The notes below the pieces were generated by a model. The model was not told the origin of the DNA, ran no database searches, and saw only the letters and a program-made list of their open reading frames with translations. From Octopus vulgaris (Eukaryota), in NCBI GenBank assembly GCA_951406725.2, contig OX597837.1, positions 20,460,001 through 20,524,000 of the forward strand: a stretch of 64,000 bases of DNA, read 5' to 3'. The position numbers and the translations under genes were made by a program. Of this stretch, positions 51,416 to 64,000 are shown one piece after another. Every line of letters starts with the position of its first letter. Position 1 is the stretch's first letter.

Positions 51416-51927
51416 GCATACAGATGTATTTGTACATACATGTATGCATACATATATACGTAGGTGCAGACATGCATGCGTGTTAAAATAATTGCATACA
51501 CAATTGCAGTCAGGTCACACACATGCACTGATAGTAAACTGGATCTATGGCACACACACACACACACACACATATATGCAGAGTAACATGCGTTGGTAAG
51601 AAGGTGAGTTTCACACAAACAAACATGGCAACAAACAGATGGGACAAAGGAGCAAACAAACAAACAAACAAACAAACACAAGAATCATGATTGCAGGGAG
51701 CTGGGCCTAACACACACACACAACAGGGGTTATATAATAGCAGGAAGCTGGATCTAACACACAAACACACACACACACACACACAAACACAAACACACAG
51801 GGGAGGTTTGATAGCAGGGAACTGGTTCTAACACACACACAATGAAACAAACACTGGATCAAAGTGTGTCTTAAGTTGAACTCTCAGAGACCAAATTCAG
51901 TTCCATTATTTTAACACTCTGTTAGAG

Positions 51928-52187
51928 CAGTGCTTCTCAATCACTTTTTTTTACCTATGGACCTCTTAGACTCCTATTTTATTCTGGTGAACCCTCCGAG
52001 CCATTCAATGTTAAAAAAAAATCCTATTATATTTTTACGGTCAAATATTTTTAGGAATTGTATTAAAAAAAATTGTTAAAATATTTTTTAGATTGTAAAG
52101 TACAACCAATTTATTGCAGATAAATTTTAACAACAAAATCTTGTGTGAGCCCCCAAGGGCAATGTGGGCCCTGGTTGAGAACTACTG
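51928..52187. mobile_element. hAT-type MITE, both ends present
   Basis: CAGTGCTTCTCAATCA ... TGGTTGAGAACTACTG terminal inverted repeats. Confidence 0.8.
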
Positions 52188-52804
52188 GTCTTGAAGATCT
52201 CAATACCTGGGACAATACAAGTCTGTCAGATATTCTGATTTAAAAGAATAGCTGTGTAGGGAACATAGGGGAAAAAAAATCAAAGCAAACCTTCTTCATC
52301 TTTTGTTTCTAACATAGGTGCAGGCATGGCAGTGAAGTTAAGATGCACGTTTTGCAACCAAATGGTTTTGGTTCAAACCCAGTGTACTGCACCTTGGGAG
52401 CCTCTGTGTGTGTGTGTGTGTCAGTACACATGCCTGTCAGTCTGTATCTATATATTGTTTCAGCCAAGCCAGTCTCCTGCTGCTGTGAGTAGATCTGTCA
52501 AGTGGAAACTGAAGGAAGCCTATTGTGTGTGTGTGTATACAACAGGCTTCTTTCAGCTTCCTGCCTAACAAATCCACTCACAAGGGCTTCATTGGTTGGC
52601 CCAGGACTACGACAGAAGAAACATGCAAGGTGCAGTGGTGTGGAACTGAACCTAAGACCACATGGTTGAGAAGCAATCTTATCACACAGCCATGCGGACA
52701 CATCACCATCACCACCACCAAGTATGTAGTGTCTTTGTGTGTGTGTGTTGTGTGTGTGTGTGTGTATGCACAAACACACACATATCCACACACATCAAGT
52801 GTGG

Positions 52805-52836
<32 letters not shown>

Positions 52837-53389
52837 GATAAGGAAGTAAATGGAATTGATAGTCATACTAAAGGCATGGGTAGGCAGAAAGTAAATATAG
52901 ATACGAGATAGTTAGAAAGAGAGACAGATTGACAGGTAGAGAGACATGTAGGAAAATAGCTGTGAATGTAGAACTTGCAAAGTAATATTCACAAATGTAA
53001 ACAAACCTAAGAAAGAGATGGATTGTGGTCGGAGGAGGGGGCTAGGAGTAAGTAAGATAGTGCTGGTAGCAGTGGTGTTTGAGGAGAAGGCAGAGATGGT
53101 TATGTTTAAGGGTAGGAGTGATTGGGAAAGAGAGAAAGAGTGGGGAGAGAGTGGCAGGCTGAGAGAGGGGAGGGTCGATGTCGGAACAGGCAACAACGAA
53201 GTGTGCATGCATGCATGTGCGTGCGTGCATGTGCGTGGGACTGCTAGGATGTCTGAGTGAAACACCTTCTTCATAGCGCTATCACTTTCACTATCACAGA
53301 TTGAAAGGACAACCAGCTCATTCATAACAATGACCTGCACACAAACATGTATTACACATACTCTGTCTGGATCATGTCACACTTGATTA

Positions 53390-53713
53390 TATACATACAT
53401 ACATACATACGTGTGTGTGTGTGTGTGTGTATATGTGTGTGTGTATACATATATGTGTGTGTGTATATATATATATGTATATATATATATGTGTGTGTGT
53501 ATATATATATATGTATAAATATATATATATATGTGTGTGTGTTTGTGTATATATATATATATGTGTGTATATATATGTGTGTGTGTATATATATATGTAT
53601 ATATATATGTGTGTGTATATATATATATGTGTGTATATATATGTGTGTGTGTATATATATATATATGTGTGTGTGTATATATATATATATGTGTGTGTGT
53701 GTATATATATATA

Positions 53714-53757
<44 letters not shown>

Positions 53758-54035
53758 TATATATACATGGTCATATCTATATTTATAAACACACACATGC
53801 ACAGGTATACATAGATACATGCATACACATGCATATATGTATACTATGTAGACATGCATACATATATGTATATAAACACATGCATACAAATACATACACA
53901 CACACACATATATATGCATAAACACATATATATATACAAGCATATACACACATGCATACACATACATACATTTATAAGCATATATATGTATACATATACA
54001 TGCATACACACCCACATATATACATACATACATAT
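53390..54035. repeat. Compound (TG)n(TA)n microsatellite
   Basis: Direct reading. Confidence 0.95.
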
Positions 54036-54699
54036 GCTGGTGATGATGGTGGTGGTGAGAAACAGAAAGATAGCAAGGTTGCAGGGTGGTGGGGAAGGAT
54101 AAAGTGATTGGTTTAATGATGATGATGATGATGATGGTAGAGGTGGTGGTGGCAGTAGAAGTCGTAGTGATAGTGGTGGTGCAGCAGTGGCAGGATGGAA
54201 TCAACTGACACATCTTCCTTCATCCTTCCTGCACTACTTCGATATTCTGAAAGTGAAAGTGAAAGCAGAAAAAAAAAACACAGGGAAGAACACTCCCCAC
54301 CCCCACATCCCTAACCCCGATCCGCACCTAAGTCATGAAAAAAAAAAAGAACTGGAAGATAGTAGGAATGGCAGTGTCATCAGAAGGTAGAGTTGGTGAT
54401 GTCGGGTGGTGAATCAGAAAAAAAGTCCTATATCAGGAGGAGGCAGAGGAGGAGGAGAACAACGATGATGATGATGACAATGAGAGACTGACTGCTCTGA
54501 AACTTCTACATGAAAAAAACAAAAAACAAAAAAAAAGTTAATTCGCTGTGATTAATTTGAATTAAGTTACTTAGAGTTTTAATTAGTTGAATGGTTGGTT
54601 GAGGTAGTTGACACCTCTCAATTGCAGTCAGCAGCACTTCATATTCCAGGGACAAAATGAAACAATATGGTTGTGTGTGTATTTCATTTGCAAGATTCT

Positions 54700-55105
54700 T
54701 TATGTGAATTTGTGTGTTGAAACATATTTTATTGTGCCTGAGAAGAGTCATTCTCTTTGAATGCCTTATTAATTTGACACACTCACTGGTCTGATTTCCC
54801 TTCATTCACTTATTCATTTCTACTAAAATTTTTGTTGCGTCTTGCAACCTTTTCAATAGTTCTTGACTCTGACCATTATCCGAAAAGTGGCCAGCAAGCC
54901 CTGACAGACGATCAAACCCGTCTCTTAATGGTATAGAGTACTCAGCTGGAATTTGAGCGATGCATGGTTTAACTCTCTGTAGAGGCTTGTTAACCACCTT
55001 TTTCTATCTTATAAGGGTATTTACCTGATTTTCTAAACTGTCCTGTGTCCAAGGATTCTTTTATTTTCTGTAGAATACCTACTCACTTGGTGCTTATACG
55101 TTTGT
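54700..55105 (-). mobile_element. pLTR-like element with degenerate hammerhead (54822-54862)
   Basis: Minus strand: CTA-TTGAAAA-GGTTGC(AAGAC)GCAAC-AAAAA-TTTTAGTAG, with AATAAA downstream. Homologous to 1350-1520. Confidence 0.5.
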
Positions 55106-55129
55106 TTATAAAATGTTCTCATATATATA

Positions 55130-55640
<511 letters not shown>

Positions 55641-55889
55641 ACATAAAAACTTAACGTTTCATGGTAGTAATAAAAAATGACCAACTCTTTGGGTATCAGG
55701 AAAAGAATGGAGAGAAAACAAGATGGCTTCTTTCTTATAAGGAAAGCTTAACCACAATCTGTCAGTAGAGGTCACATTATTGCAGTGATAAACTCAGTGG
55801 CAACAGAACAAACACTTCATGTGGATATTACTGCTGTTTAGTCAATGAAGTGTGGTACGGAAAGAGTTTAATGTCTGATGGTCAGTTAT

Positions 55890-56970
55890 GGTCAAGCAAA
55901 TGCAGAGATATCTTAGTGACAACAGATAAATGCCATTGAGATGCAAGAATTGAGGACAAATATTACAGCTTAGCCTAGGGTGGCATAGCAAGGTTATCTA
56001 TCAGTGGACAATGATTTGAAATGCATCAAAATTGCATATCTTTTATGACAACAATATGAAATGCCATTTTTTTTTTATTGATGAATATTGCATGCTGTTG
56101 GAACATGAGCAGCCCTTCCTGGAAGCAGAGTTGAAAATTACAAGTGCTGGGTGAATAAGGTGAGGTCCTGCCAAGTATATTCCAATTGATGTTGGGTGAG
56201 GTGTTGCTGTAGTTACAGATGAAGCAAGAAAAGGAGGTAGCATTATCCTGTCCTTACATTTGATGGAATGCATATGCTGTAAGTATCTTCCCTTGATACA
56301 AGACTGATACAACAAGTAGTTCCTTGTTATATCATCAGGTAGTGTAAGGGTAGCTCTATAGGCTACAGCTTTCAAGAGGCAGACTTCTCTCAGTGGACAG
56401 CTGGTAGGGTGGGATGGAGACTGTGCAGATGTGTGTTTGCTGCTGTTATAGTGTGCAATGTTAGAGGCAATGCTATCTAAATATGAATAGCTACCCATAA
56501 CATCATAGGATTTAAAAAGTTTATATCTATGAAAACAAGGAAAATGTTGCCTGTGTTCAGAAAGCGCTTGGCTAGATTGGTAGAAATAGCTTGGTTGATT
56601 GGAAGATTATACCAGATAACATTTCTTTTCTAACTCTCTTATGGTTTGAAGATGCAGGTGAGGTATCCTCTATGTATAGTAACTTATCTGTAAGGCCACT
56701 CTTCATTAGAACCTCATTATAATGGGGTGCTGCCATGTCAGAAAAATGGTTAGAGATTTCAATAACAGTTGGTGGTTAGAATGTTTATGAATGTAAACTG
56801 CTTCTTCATTAGGTTTTCTGTAGTATTTGGCGTTTATCTGTCTTGAAGTCTAGGGTAACTTCTGTTAAGTTGACCTTTGCTAAGCTGGTGGTGACAGTTA
56901 TAGATAAGCTGGACACTTTTGAAGATGATGAGTTTCTTCCCAAACTTATCAATGTCAAGGTCACTCATAT
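55890..56970 (-). pseudogene. Decayed Penelope-like retroelement: RT thumb, linker and C-terminal GIY-YIG endonuclease
   Basis: Minus strand, in order: DKFGKKLI..KVNLTEVTLD (VNFLDV-like), YRKPNEEAVYIHKHSNH, RKRNVIWYNLP (IWFNPP-like, 56600-56630), SYSYLD, CPLREVCLLKAVAYRATLT..RNY..RYLQH. Frameshifts and stops present. Confidence 0.82.
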
Positions 56971-57139
56971 GAACAAGCATGGTTGTGTGGTTAAAAAGCT
57001 GGCACCACAACCTCATGGTTTGAGTTTCAACCCTACTGTGTGGCACTTTGAGTAAATGCCTTCCACCAGAGCACTAAGCTGAGCAAAGCATTATGAGTTG
57101 ATTTGGAAGACAAAAACTAAAAGAAGCCCATCTTACCAA

Positions 57140-57572
57140 ATGGTGCTAAGCATTTTTCCCAGCTTTCTAATGATTCTGCTAGTTCACCTGCTTAACGATA
57201 ATGACAATAATAACCCTTTCTAGTAAAGGCACAAGGCCTGAAATTTAGTGGTGGGGGGATCGATCAATTATATCAACCTCAGTGTTTCACTGATACTTAA
57301 TTTATCGACCCCTCAGCAGAATTTGAACTCAGAATGTAAAGCTGAACAAAATTCCACTAATCATTTTGCCCAGCACGCTAACGTTTCTGCCAGCTCACCA
57401 CCTTAATAATAATAATAATAATAATTATTATTATTATTATTAGTAGTAGTAGTATTATTTCTTTATTGCCCACAAGGGGCTAAATATAGAGGAGACAAAC
57501 AAAGACAGACAAAGGGATTAATGATCGACCCCAGTGTGTAACTGGTACTTTATTTATCGACCCCGAAAGGAT
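57140..57572 (-). mobile_element. SINE B fragments
   Basis: Reverse-complement heads, cores and tails in (TAA)n. Confidence 0.8.
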
Positions 57573-58341
57573 AATAATAATAATAATAGTAGTAGTACCA
57601 TCAATTTATAAATCAGACAGCAGGCTATAAAGTTACAAAAGAAGTTAAGGTGGTTATGTGAGGATGTTCATGCCCTTCTGAAGAACACAATGTGAGGGGG
57701 GGGGGGAGTTTCAGATCACCGCAAGAATTGAAACCAGGTCAGAGGTATTGAAGTTTTCCAAGACAGGCATGGAGTGGGGAAGAAAGGGAAATGGGATACA
57801 AAAAACAAAACAACAACAAATAAGGGTTAATTCACACAGCAATAGGGGGTAGAGTTTTTTAATCATAGATGCCAATAACTGGGAAGGTGTGGGTGGGTGG
57901 GAGAAGGGGGGGGTCATGGGATAGAGAAGCGTAATGATGATGGTGGTAGTGAGAGATGGAGAGATATGTGAGGGTAGCAAGTGAGAGGGAGTGACATAAG
58001 GAGGTGGGGGGAGATTACATACACCACACAGATGTAAATAGAAGATAGGTGGAGGGGGATACGTAAGAGTTAGAAAGAGAGAGAGAGAGGGAGAGTGAGT
58101 TAGGAGGAGAGAGTAAATTGAAAAAGAGAGAGTAAAGAGGAGAGTAAGGGGAGAGAAAGTGTATTATTAGAAAAGTGAGTCATTCAGAAGATTTAACAAC
58201 ATAGTAGTAGGGGTGAGGGTGGGTGGTTGTAGAGTGTTTATAGAAGTAGTAGTGGGTGGTGGTGGTGGTAGTGGTAGTAGTAGTGGTGGTGGTGGTGGCA
58301 GTGGTATTAGTTGTAGTAACAAGCTTACAGAGTAGTGATAT

Positions 58342-58373
<32 letters not shown>

Positions 58374-58987
58374 GTAATTTGATTCAATAAAATTCTTCCT
58401 GTGAGTCCTACTTAAAAAAAGGACGAGATAAAAAGAGAGACAGAAGTGAGGAAAGGTGAAACAGGGAAAAGAGAGAGAGAGACACACACAGAGCATGATA
58501 GAAATGGTATAAGAATGTCATAGTAGACAGAGAGAGAATCGTATGAAGGTTAAGGTTGGATGGGCCATAAGCAATGCCCCTACTAATGTTTTGCAGTGGG
58601 TGTGCACAAAAAGTTGTTTGTGTGCAATTTTTCATTTTCTTTGCAAAGTATGTGCACATCCATGTGCCTAAGTACCACTCAAGCACCCTATTGACCATCA
58701 GAGCAAATGTATACCATTCTTAGAATTCATTATGACATTATGTGATTAATTTCTTCAATTAAAACAATTTCATTTTCTCTTGCAAATCTAGTGTGCGAAC
58801 GTGTTTCCTTCCTACATATTGTAAAACCTGTGTGTGTGTGTGTATGGGTGTACAAGAACAGTTTAGCCTGTTTGCATTTAAACTAGTCATACCCAGTCAA
58901 ATTATCCTCCCTGTCCAATGTCCAAACTGGCCAGATCCAGCCTCTCACACCGATGCTACAATGTCATTCTCAAAATAAACAATAGAC

Positions 58988-59305
58988 ACGGTTCTGGGTT
59001 CAGTCCCACTGCATGGCACCTTGGGCAAGTGTCTTCTACTATAGCCTCAGGCCAACCAAAGCCTTGTGAGTGGATTTGATAGACGGAAACTGAAAGAAGC
59101 CCGTCGTGTATATATATATATATATGTATGTGTGTGTATATGTTGGTGTGTCTGTGTTTATCTCCCCAACATCGCTTGACAACCAATGCAAAAGTGACCA
59201 ATAGAATAAGTACTAGGCTAACAAAGAATAAGTCCCGGAGTCGATTTGCTCGACTAAAGGTGGTGCTCCAGCATGGCCACAGTCAAATGACTGAAACAAG
59301 TAAAA
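58988..59305 (+). mobile_element. 5'-truncated SINE A inserted in a piggyBac-type MITE
   Basis: MITE halves at 58862-58985 and 59320-59412 flank the SINE text. Confidence 0.85.
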
Positions 59306-60305
59306 AAAAAAAAAAAAGACATCTTGAAGCTATGAGATAATGCATGATTGATTCGAAAGATGGTGCATAAGTAAGAATTACATTTGACAGAGTAATCTGA
59401 ATGTTGAAGGGTGTAAAGGAACCTTGGTGAGAAGAAAGTCAAAATAAAGAGAGAGATCATTAGAATGAGAGACGGACGAGTCAGAGTATGTTATGGGGGG
59501 GGGGTTATGACGTTTGTCATAGGGAAATAGGGGAACCTTAAGATTGATGGATAAGAAAGACAAACATCAGAAAGGGAGTCGTAAGGGTCATAATTAGAAA
59601 GGTCTTAAAAGAGATCAAAGGGGAGAAGAAAAAAAAAGGCAGTCATAAAAAAAGGAGAGAAAGGGAAAAGAGAGAGGCAGGGGTTCTGAAGAAAATGGTG
59701 AAGTAGAAACTAAAGAGAAGTTATGTAATGATAAGCTGGAATGTGAAAGTGTGAGAGGGTGAAGAGATAGAAATAAAGGAAGAGGGGTTCCTATTAGGAC
59801 CACCACCACCACTACTACTACCATCGCCATCACTGTAACTGAGCTAGCAATGGAACCTCTATGTGGACGTTCACCTGACTGGAAATAACAGCAAAATCTC
59901 ACTCCACAAATCACACAAAACTGTTTTAAACCTAGAAAATACTCAGTGAATAAAGTAGTGGTACTACTGCTGCTGCTGCTGCACCATACCTTTAAATCTA
60001 CAAAAGGGTCATATTTGAGATGTATTTGATTATAAGTCTGTACGAATCAGGGGTTAATTTGAAGGATCACTACCATCACCTCTACAGCTGTTGTTGTGGT
60101 CATCATCATCATCATCATCATCGTTATTCCTTCCACTACTACCACTACTATCACCAACACCACCAATCTCATTGTTTTCCTCACTACAACCACTGCCAAA
60201 ACGGTGCCATACATACGGCTAAAACTTTCACCATCATCATCATCTTCAAATGTTAGTATGTATGGGAGAAGAGGAGGAAGTTACAGCTCTACCCTGACAC
60301 ACATA

Positions 60306-60340
<35 letters not shown>

Positions 60341-60624
60341 ACACATGTGTGCACACACAGGTACACACAAACACGCATACACACGCACACAACAGCAAAT
60401 TTCGTTTTCTTTCCCATTTCTTTGGATCCATCTCATTGTGCATTTCCACTGAAGGCTTCTTGTTGTTGCTCTTGTTGTTGTTGCTGTTTTTGTTGTTGCT
60501 GCCTTTGAAGTGTTCCCTATCAAATAACTGGGGGATTCCATTCTCAGCTTGGCAGGGGTTGATAGAGTTATGGGTAGGACAGAATGATGGTGAAGGTAAT
60601 CATAGTAGTTAGATAAAGCTGGTG

Positions 60625-62500
60625 GTGGTGATGCTAGCTATGGTGGTGGTTGTGGTAGTGATGGCGGTGGCGATGGTGAAATGGTATGGGGGGTGGTAGC
60701 AGTGGTTATAGTGATGGTGGTAGCTGTGGTAGTAGTGATGGTGGTGGTAGCAATGGTAATAGTGATGGTGGTAGCTGTGGTAGTAGTGATGGTAGTGGTG
60801 GTGGTGGCAATGGTCTTGGTAGCAGTGGTATTGATGTTGGTGGTGGTGGTGGTGGTGGTAGTGGTCATAACTGTGTTGGTAGTGTGGTAGTGATGGTGGT
60901 TGTGGTGGTGGTGATGTTAGTGACAGTGGTAGTAGTCATAGCAGTGGTAGTTGTACAGGGTGTCCTGGACAACAACCAAGCTATCCAAAACGTCTTTTAT
61001 TCAAGACAGTGAGATATGGTTTAGCTGCTATTTCTAACATGTTGAACAGTAGATATAACAGTATTGGCTACAGTAGTGGTAGTGGTAATCACATAGGTGG
61101 TGAGGAGGTAGTAGTAATGAATGTACGGGTTACAGTAGTATAGTGGTGATTATACAGTTGTTGTCAATTAACCCTTGGTCAACTTTGACAGAGCATATCT
61201 ATAAGCAAAAATGTCCCAGTCGTGACCATCCCATCTAAATTTCAATGTGCAGGGAACCCAGAATATTATCCAGCATGTTTTTTGGTTTTGTTCTGCCCTT
61301 TTTTTTTTTTTATCCAAGGCAGTGGAAGTGTGATCTGAGCATGCTTTTGCTGCTGTTTCCAGCAAGCCAAGTGACTGCATAGGGGCTTCTTATTTTGTCT
61401 CATGGAGGTGGCGGCGATGGTGATGTTGGCACAAAGCACGTGCATGTATGCATGTGTTTGTGTGCGCATGTGTGTGTGTGTGCATGCGTGCGTGCGTGTG
61501 CATGCCAGGGATGGGGTGGTGGGGTGGGGGAAGGATCTTGGAGAAACTGGTGAATGAATTGAATAAAGTAGTAAGGAAAGATTAGGGAAGGATGTGGTGG
61601 TGGTGGTGGTGCCCGTGTAGGCTATAGCCATTGTAGTGGTGAGTGTGGTGGTTATAGGGGTGACAGCTGTAGTTGTAGTGGTTCTGGTGGTGGCTGTGAT
61701 GCTTGTGGTTGTGGTGGTTGTGTTGGTGGTAGTGGTGGTTGAGTGTTGGTGAAGATGTATTTATAGAATGAGAGGAGAGAGAAAAGAAAAAATGAAGGAG
61801 AAGGAAGGTGTGTGAGAGTGGCAGGGAGAGGGGGAAAGGGAAGGTGGTGGGACATGAATGAATAAATGAATGATTGTAATCTGGGTGGGAGGATGGGGAG
61901 GGGTTGCGTAGTAGAGAGAGAGAGAGAGAGAGAGAGATGAAGAATGAAAGAGGGAATGAACAAAATAGACAATGAGAAGGAAGGGGGGCAGGGGTGCCAT
62001 TAAGAGAGAACTTGGGACTAGTAAGATGGAGATGGATGAAGGGGGAAGGAGAAAGTGGGAGAGGGAGAGAGAAAGAGAGAGAGAGAGAGAGCAATGGAAC
62101 AAATGAAAGGGAAAGGGAGTGGGAGGGAAGAAAGGGGGAACAATGATATGAAGGGAGAGCAAAAAAGTGTGTGTGTGGGTATGTGTGTGTGTAGATGTCA
62201 GGATGAGAGGGTGGAAAGAGATTGACAAGAGAGAGAGAGAGAGAGAGAGCAAGAGAAAGAAGGAGAGAAGGGGAGGAGAGAAGATTTAATTGAGAGAGAG
62301 AGAGAGAGAGAGATGAAAGAAGAATGAGAAAGGGGAAAAAAGGGAACACCAGAGTGATGTGTGTGGGTGTTGTTGTTATGTTGTGATGGGGAGGAGGAGG
62401 AGGAGGAAGAGGCAGGGCAAGAGAAAGAGCGGGAGGAGGTAGAGAGAAGGAGAGGGGGAGAAGGAGGGGAGAGATGTGATGCTGAATGGATGAGAGATAC
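60625..62500. repeat. Low-complexity (GGT)n and purine-rich (GA)n tracts
   Basis: (GGT/GTA/GAT)n at 60625-60960 and 61590-61750; G/A-rich plus strand at 61760-62480. Confidence 0.9.
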
Positions 62501-63449
62501 ACAACAAACTAGATAACTATGAATGGAATGTAGCCTTGTTTATTTGTCTTGCTGCAGAATTGTTCCATGACAACAACCACTACACTTTGACACCACCGTC
62601 ACAACCACCACCACCACTGCCACTACTACTACTATTACTACTACTACTACTTGGATCACTATCAATAAACACAATAGCCACCACCATCACCACAACCACT
62701 GCCATCACCACCACCACTTAGTTATATAAGCCACTGAGAGTTACTATGTAATAGCCTGACATGGTAGAAATAACAGGCAAATTGCCCTCCCTCTCAAATC
62801 ACACCCCAACTTTTACTGTCTCTGAAATGTGAAAAAAAAAAGGCAGGACACATTGCATAATATAGGCCAAGACAGAGTGTTCAAATAAAAGGCAGGGGCT
62901 CTCAATCGTTGCTGACCTGGGGCCTAAATGATAATTCTTTCTGCTCTATGAAGGTAGGTAGAAGGCCTGAAATTTTGAGGGAGGGGCTGGTTGATTTCAT
63001 CGACCCCAGTACTTGTTTTCACATCTCCTATCCTCTAACGATCCACCCTACTGAACTAGCACATTTTATTGACCCCGGATACAATGAAAGTAAAGTGGCT
63101 CCTGGTGGGGTTTGGATTAAGGGCTGAAACAAACATCACAAGGTATTTTTATCTGATACTCTAATGAATCTGCTAACACAACACAAACAACACTAGTCCA
63201 AAGAAAAATAATTTTTCATATATGTTATGGGTTTATACCAGACCTGCTTGGGCCCTCAAGTCTTCCCTCAATACACCACACTAAACCACAAAACAGCACA
63301 CTCTACATCAGTGGTTCTCAACAGGGGTCCATATGACCATTAGAGGTCTGTATAAGATTTTGTAGTTAAAATTTATCTGCAATAAATTGGTTGCTTTTGG
63401 TCCACAAGTGTACTGCACCCACTCTCTGTCTTTTTTGCCATTACTATAA

Positions 63450-63655
63450 CAGTTTCAAATTTTGACACAAAGCCAGCAATTTTGAGGAAGGGGTAAGTCG
63501 ATTAGATTGACACCAGTGCTTGATTGGTGTTTGTTTCATTGACCCTGAAAGAATGAAAGACAAAGTCGACCTCAGCAGAATTTGAACTCTGAAGATAGAC
63601 GAAATACCACTAAGCATTTTGCCCCTGTATGCTAACAATTCTGTGAGCTTGCCAT
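63450..63655 (-). mobile_element. SINE family B (older subfamily)
   Basis: GACCCTGAAAGAATGAAAGACAAAGTCGACCTC core reverse complement. Confidence 0.8.
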
Positions 63656-64000
63656 CTTTGTCATTATTATAATTGTCTTTTGGAGATTGTTGAACACCCT
63701 TGCCCTCAACTCACACGTCCCATTTCCACTTGTATCTTTCTATCTCTCAACGTCTTTGTTGCTTACAACCCCCTCAATCATGCAGTAACCACTGTTCTCC
63801 ATCCTTCTTCCCCTATTACATCATCTCCCTAAGATTATCCCCCTGCCCATGTGTTTCCAACAGAATATTTAATGACATCAAACACGGAGGGTTGGCAAAG
63901 GTCAAGGGCACTGCCCCCTTTCTACAACTTCAGCAAGCACACACACACACACACTCACATATTCACACACAACTGGTGTGAAGAAGAGCATCTGGCTGTA

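Noticed and set aside
61582-62502. 306-aa minus-strand ORF
   Set aside because: Translation of a pyrimidine-rich (CT)n/(CAC)n strand that lacks stops for compositional reasons.

Overview
Eukaryotic, AT-rich, repeat-saturated DNA, most likely intronic or intergenic sequence of a coleoid cephalopod (Octopus-like; inferred from the SINE families and microsatellite density, not from a database search). There is no long intact ORF, and nearly all ORFs in the supplied track are microsatellite or SINE read-throughs. The window holds dozens of tRNA-derived SINE copies (at least 3-4 families), decayed RTE LINEs, one decayed Penelope-like retroelement (RT thumb plus GIY-YIG), a complete non-autonomous Helitron, and piggyBac-, hAT- and Tc1/mariner-type MITEs. 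A few candidate small exons on the minus strand cannot be assigned to a known gene. The main lead is a set of about a dozen mutually dissimilar 100-500 bp elements, mostly inside (TA)n tracts. They carry hammerhead-ribozyme cores and/or fold-back inverted repeats, and several share a GAAA-tetraloop hairpin (CTGCTR-GAAA-TAGCAG-YYAAA) on the strand opposite the hammerhead. The same hairpin sits in an HDV-ribozyme-like context at the 5' end of a separate dispersed repeat. A second lead is a recursive-splice-site-like junction (branch point, polypyrimidine tract, TAG|GTAAGA) at 6886 on the minus strand. All coordinates were read by eye and repeat boundaries are approximate.
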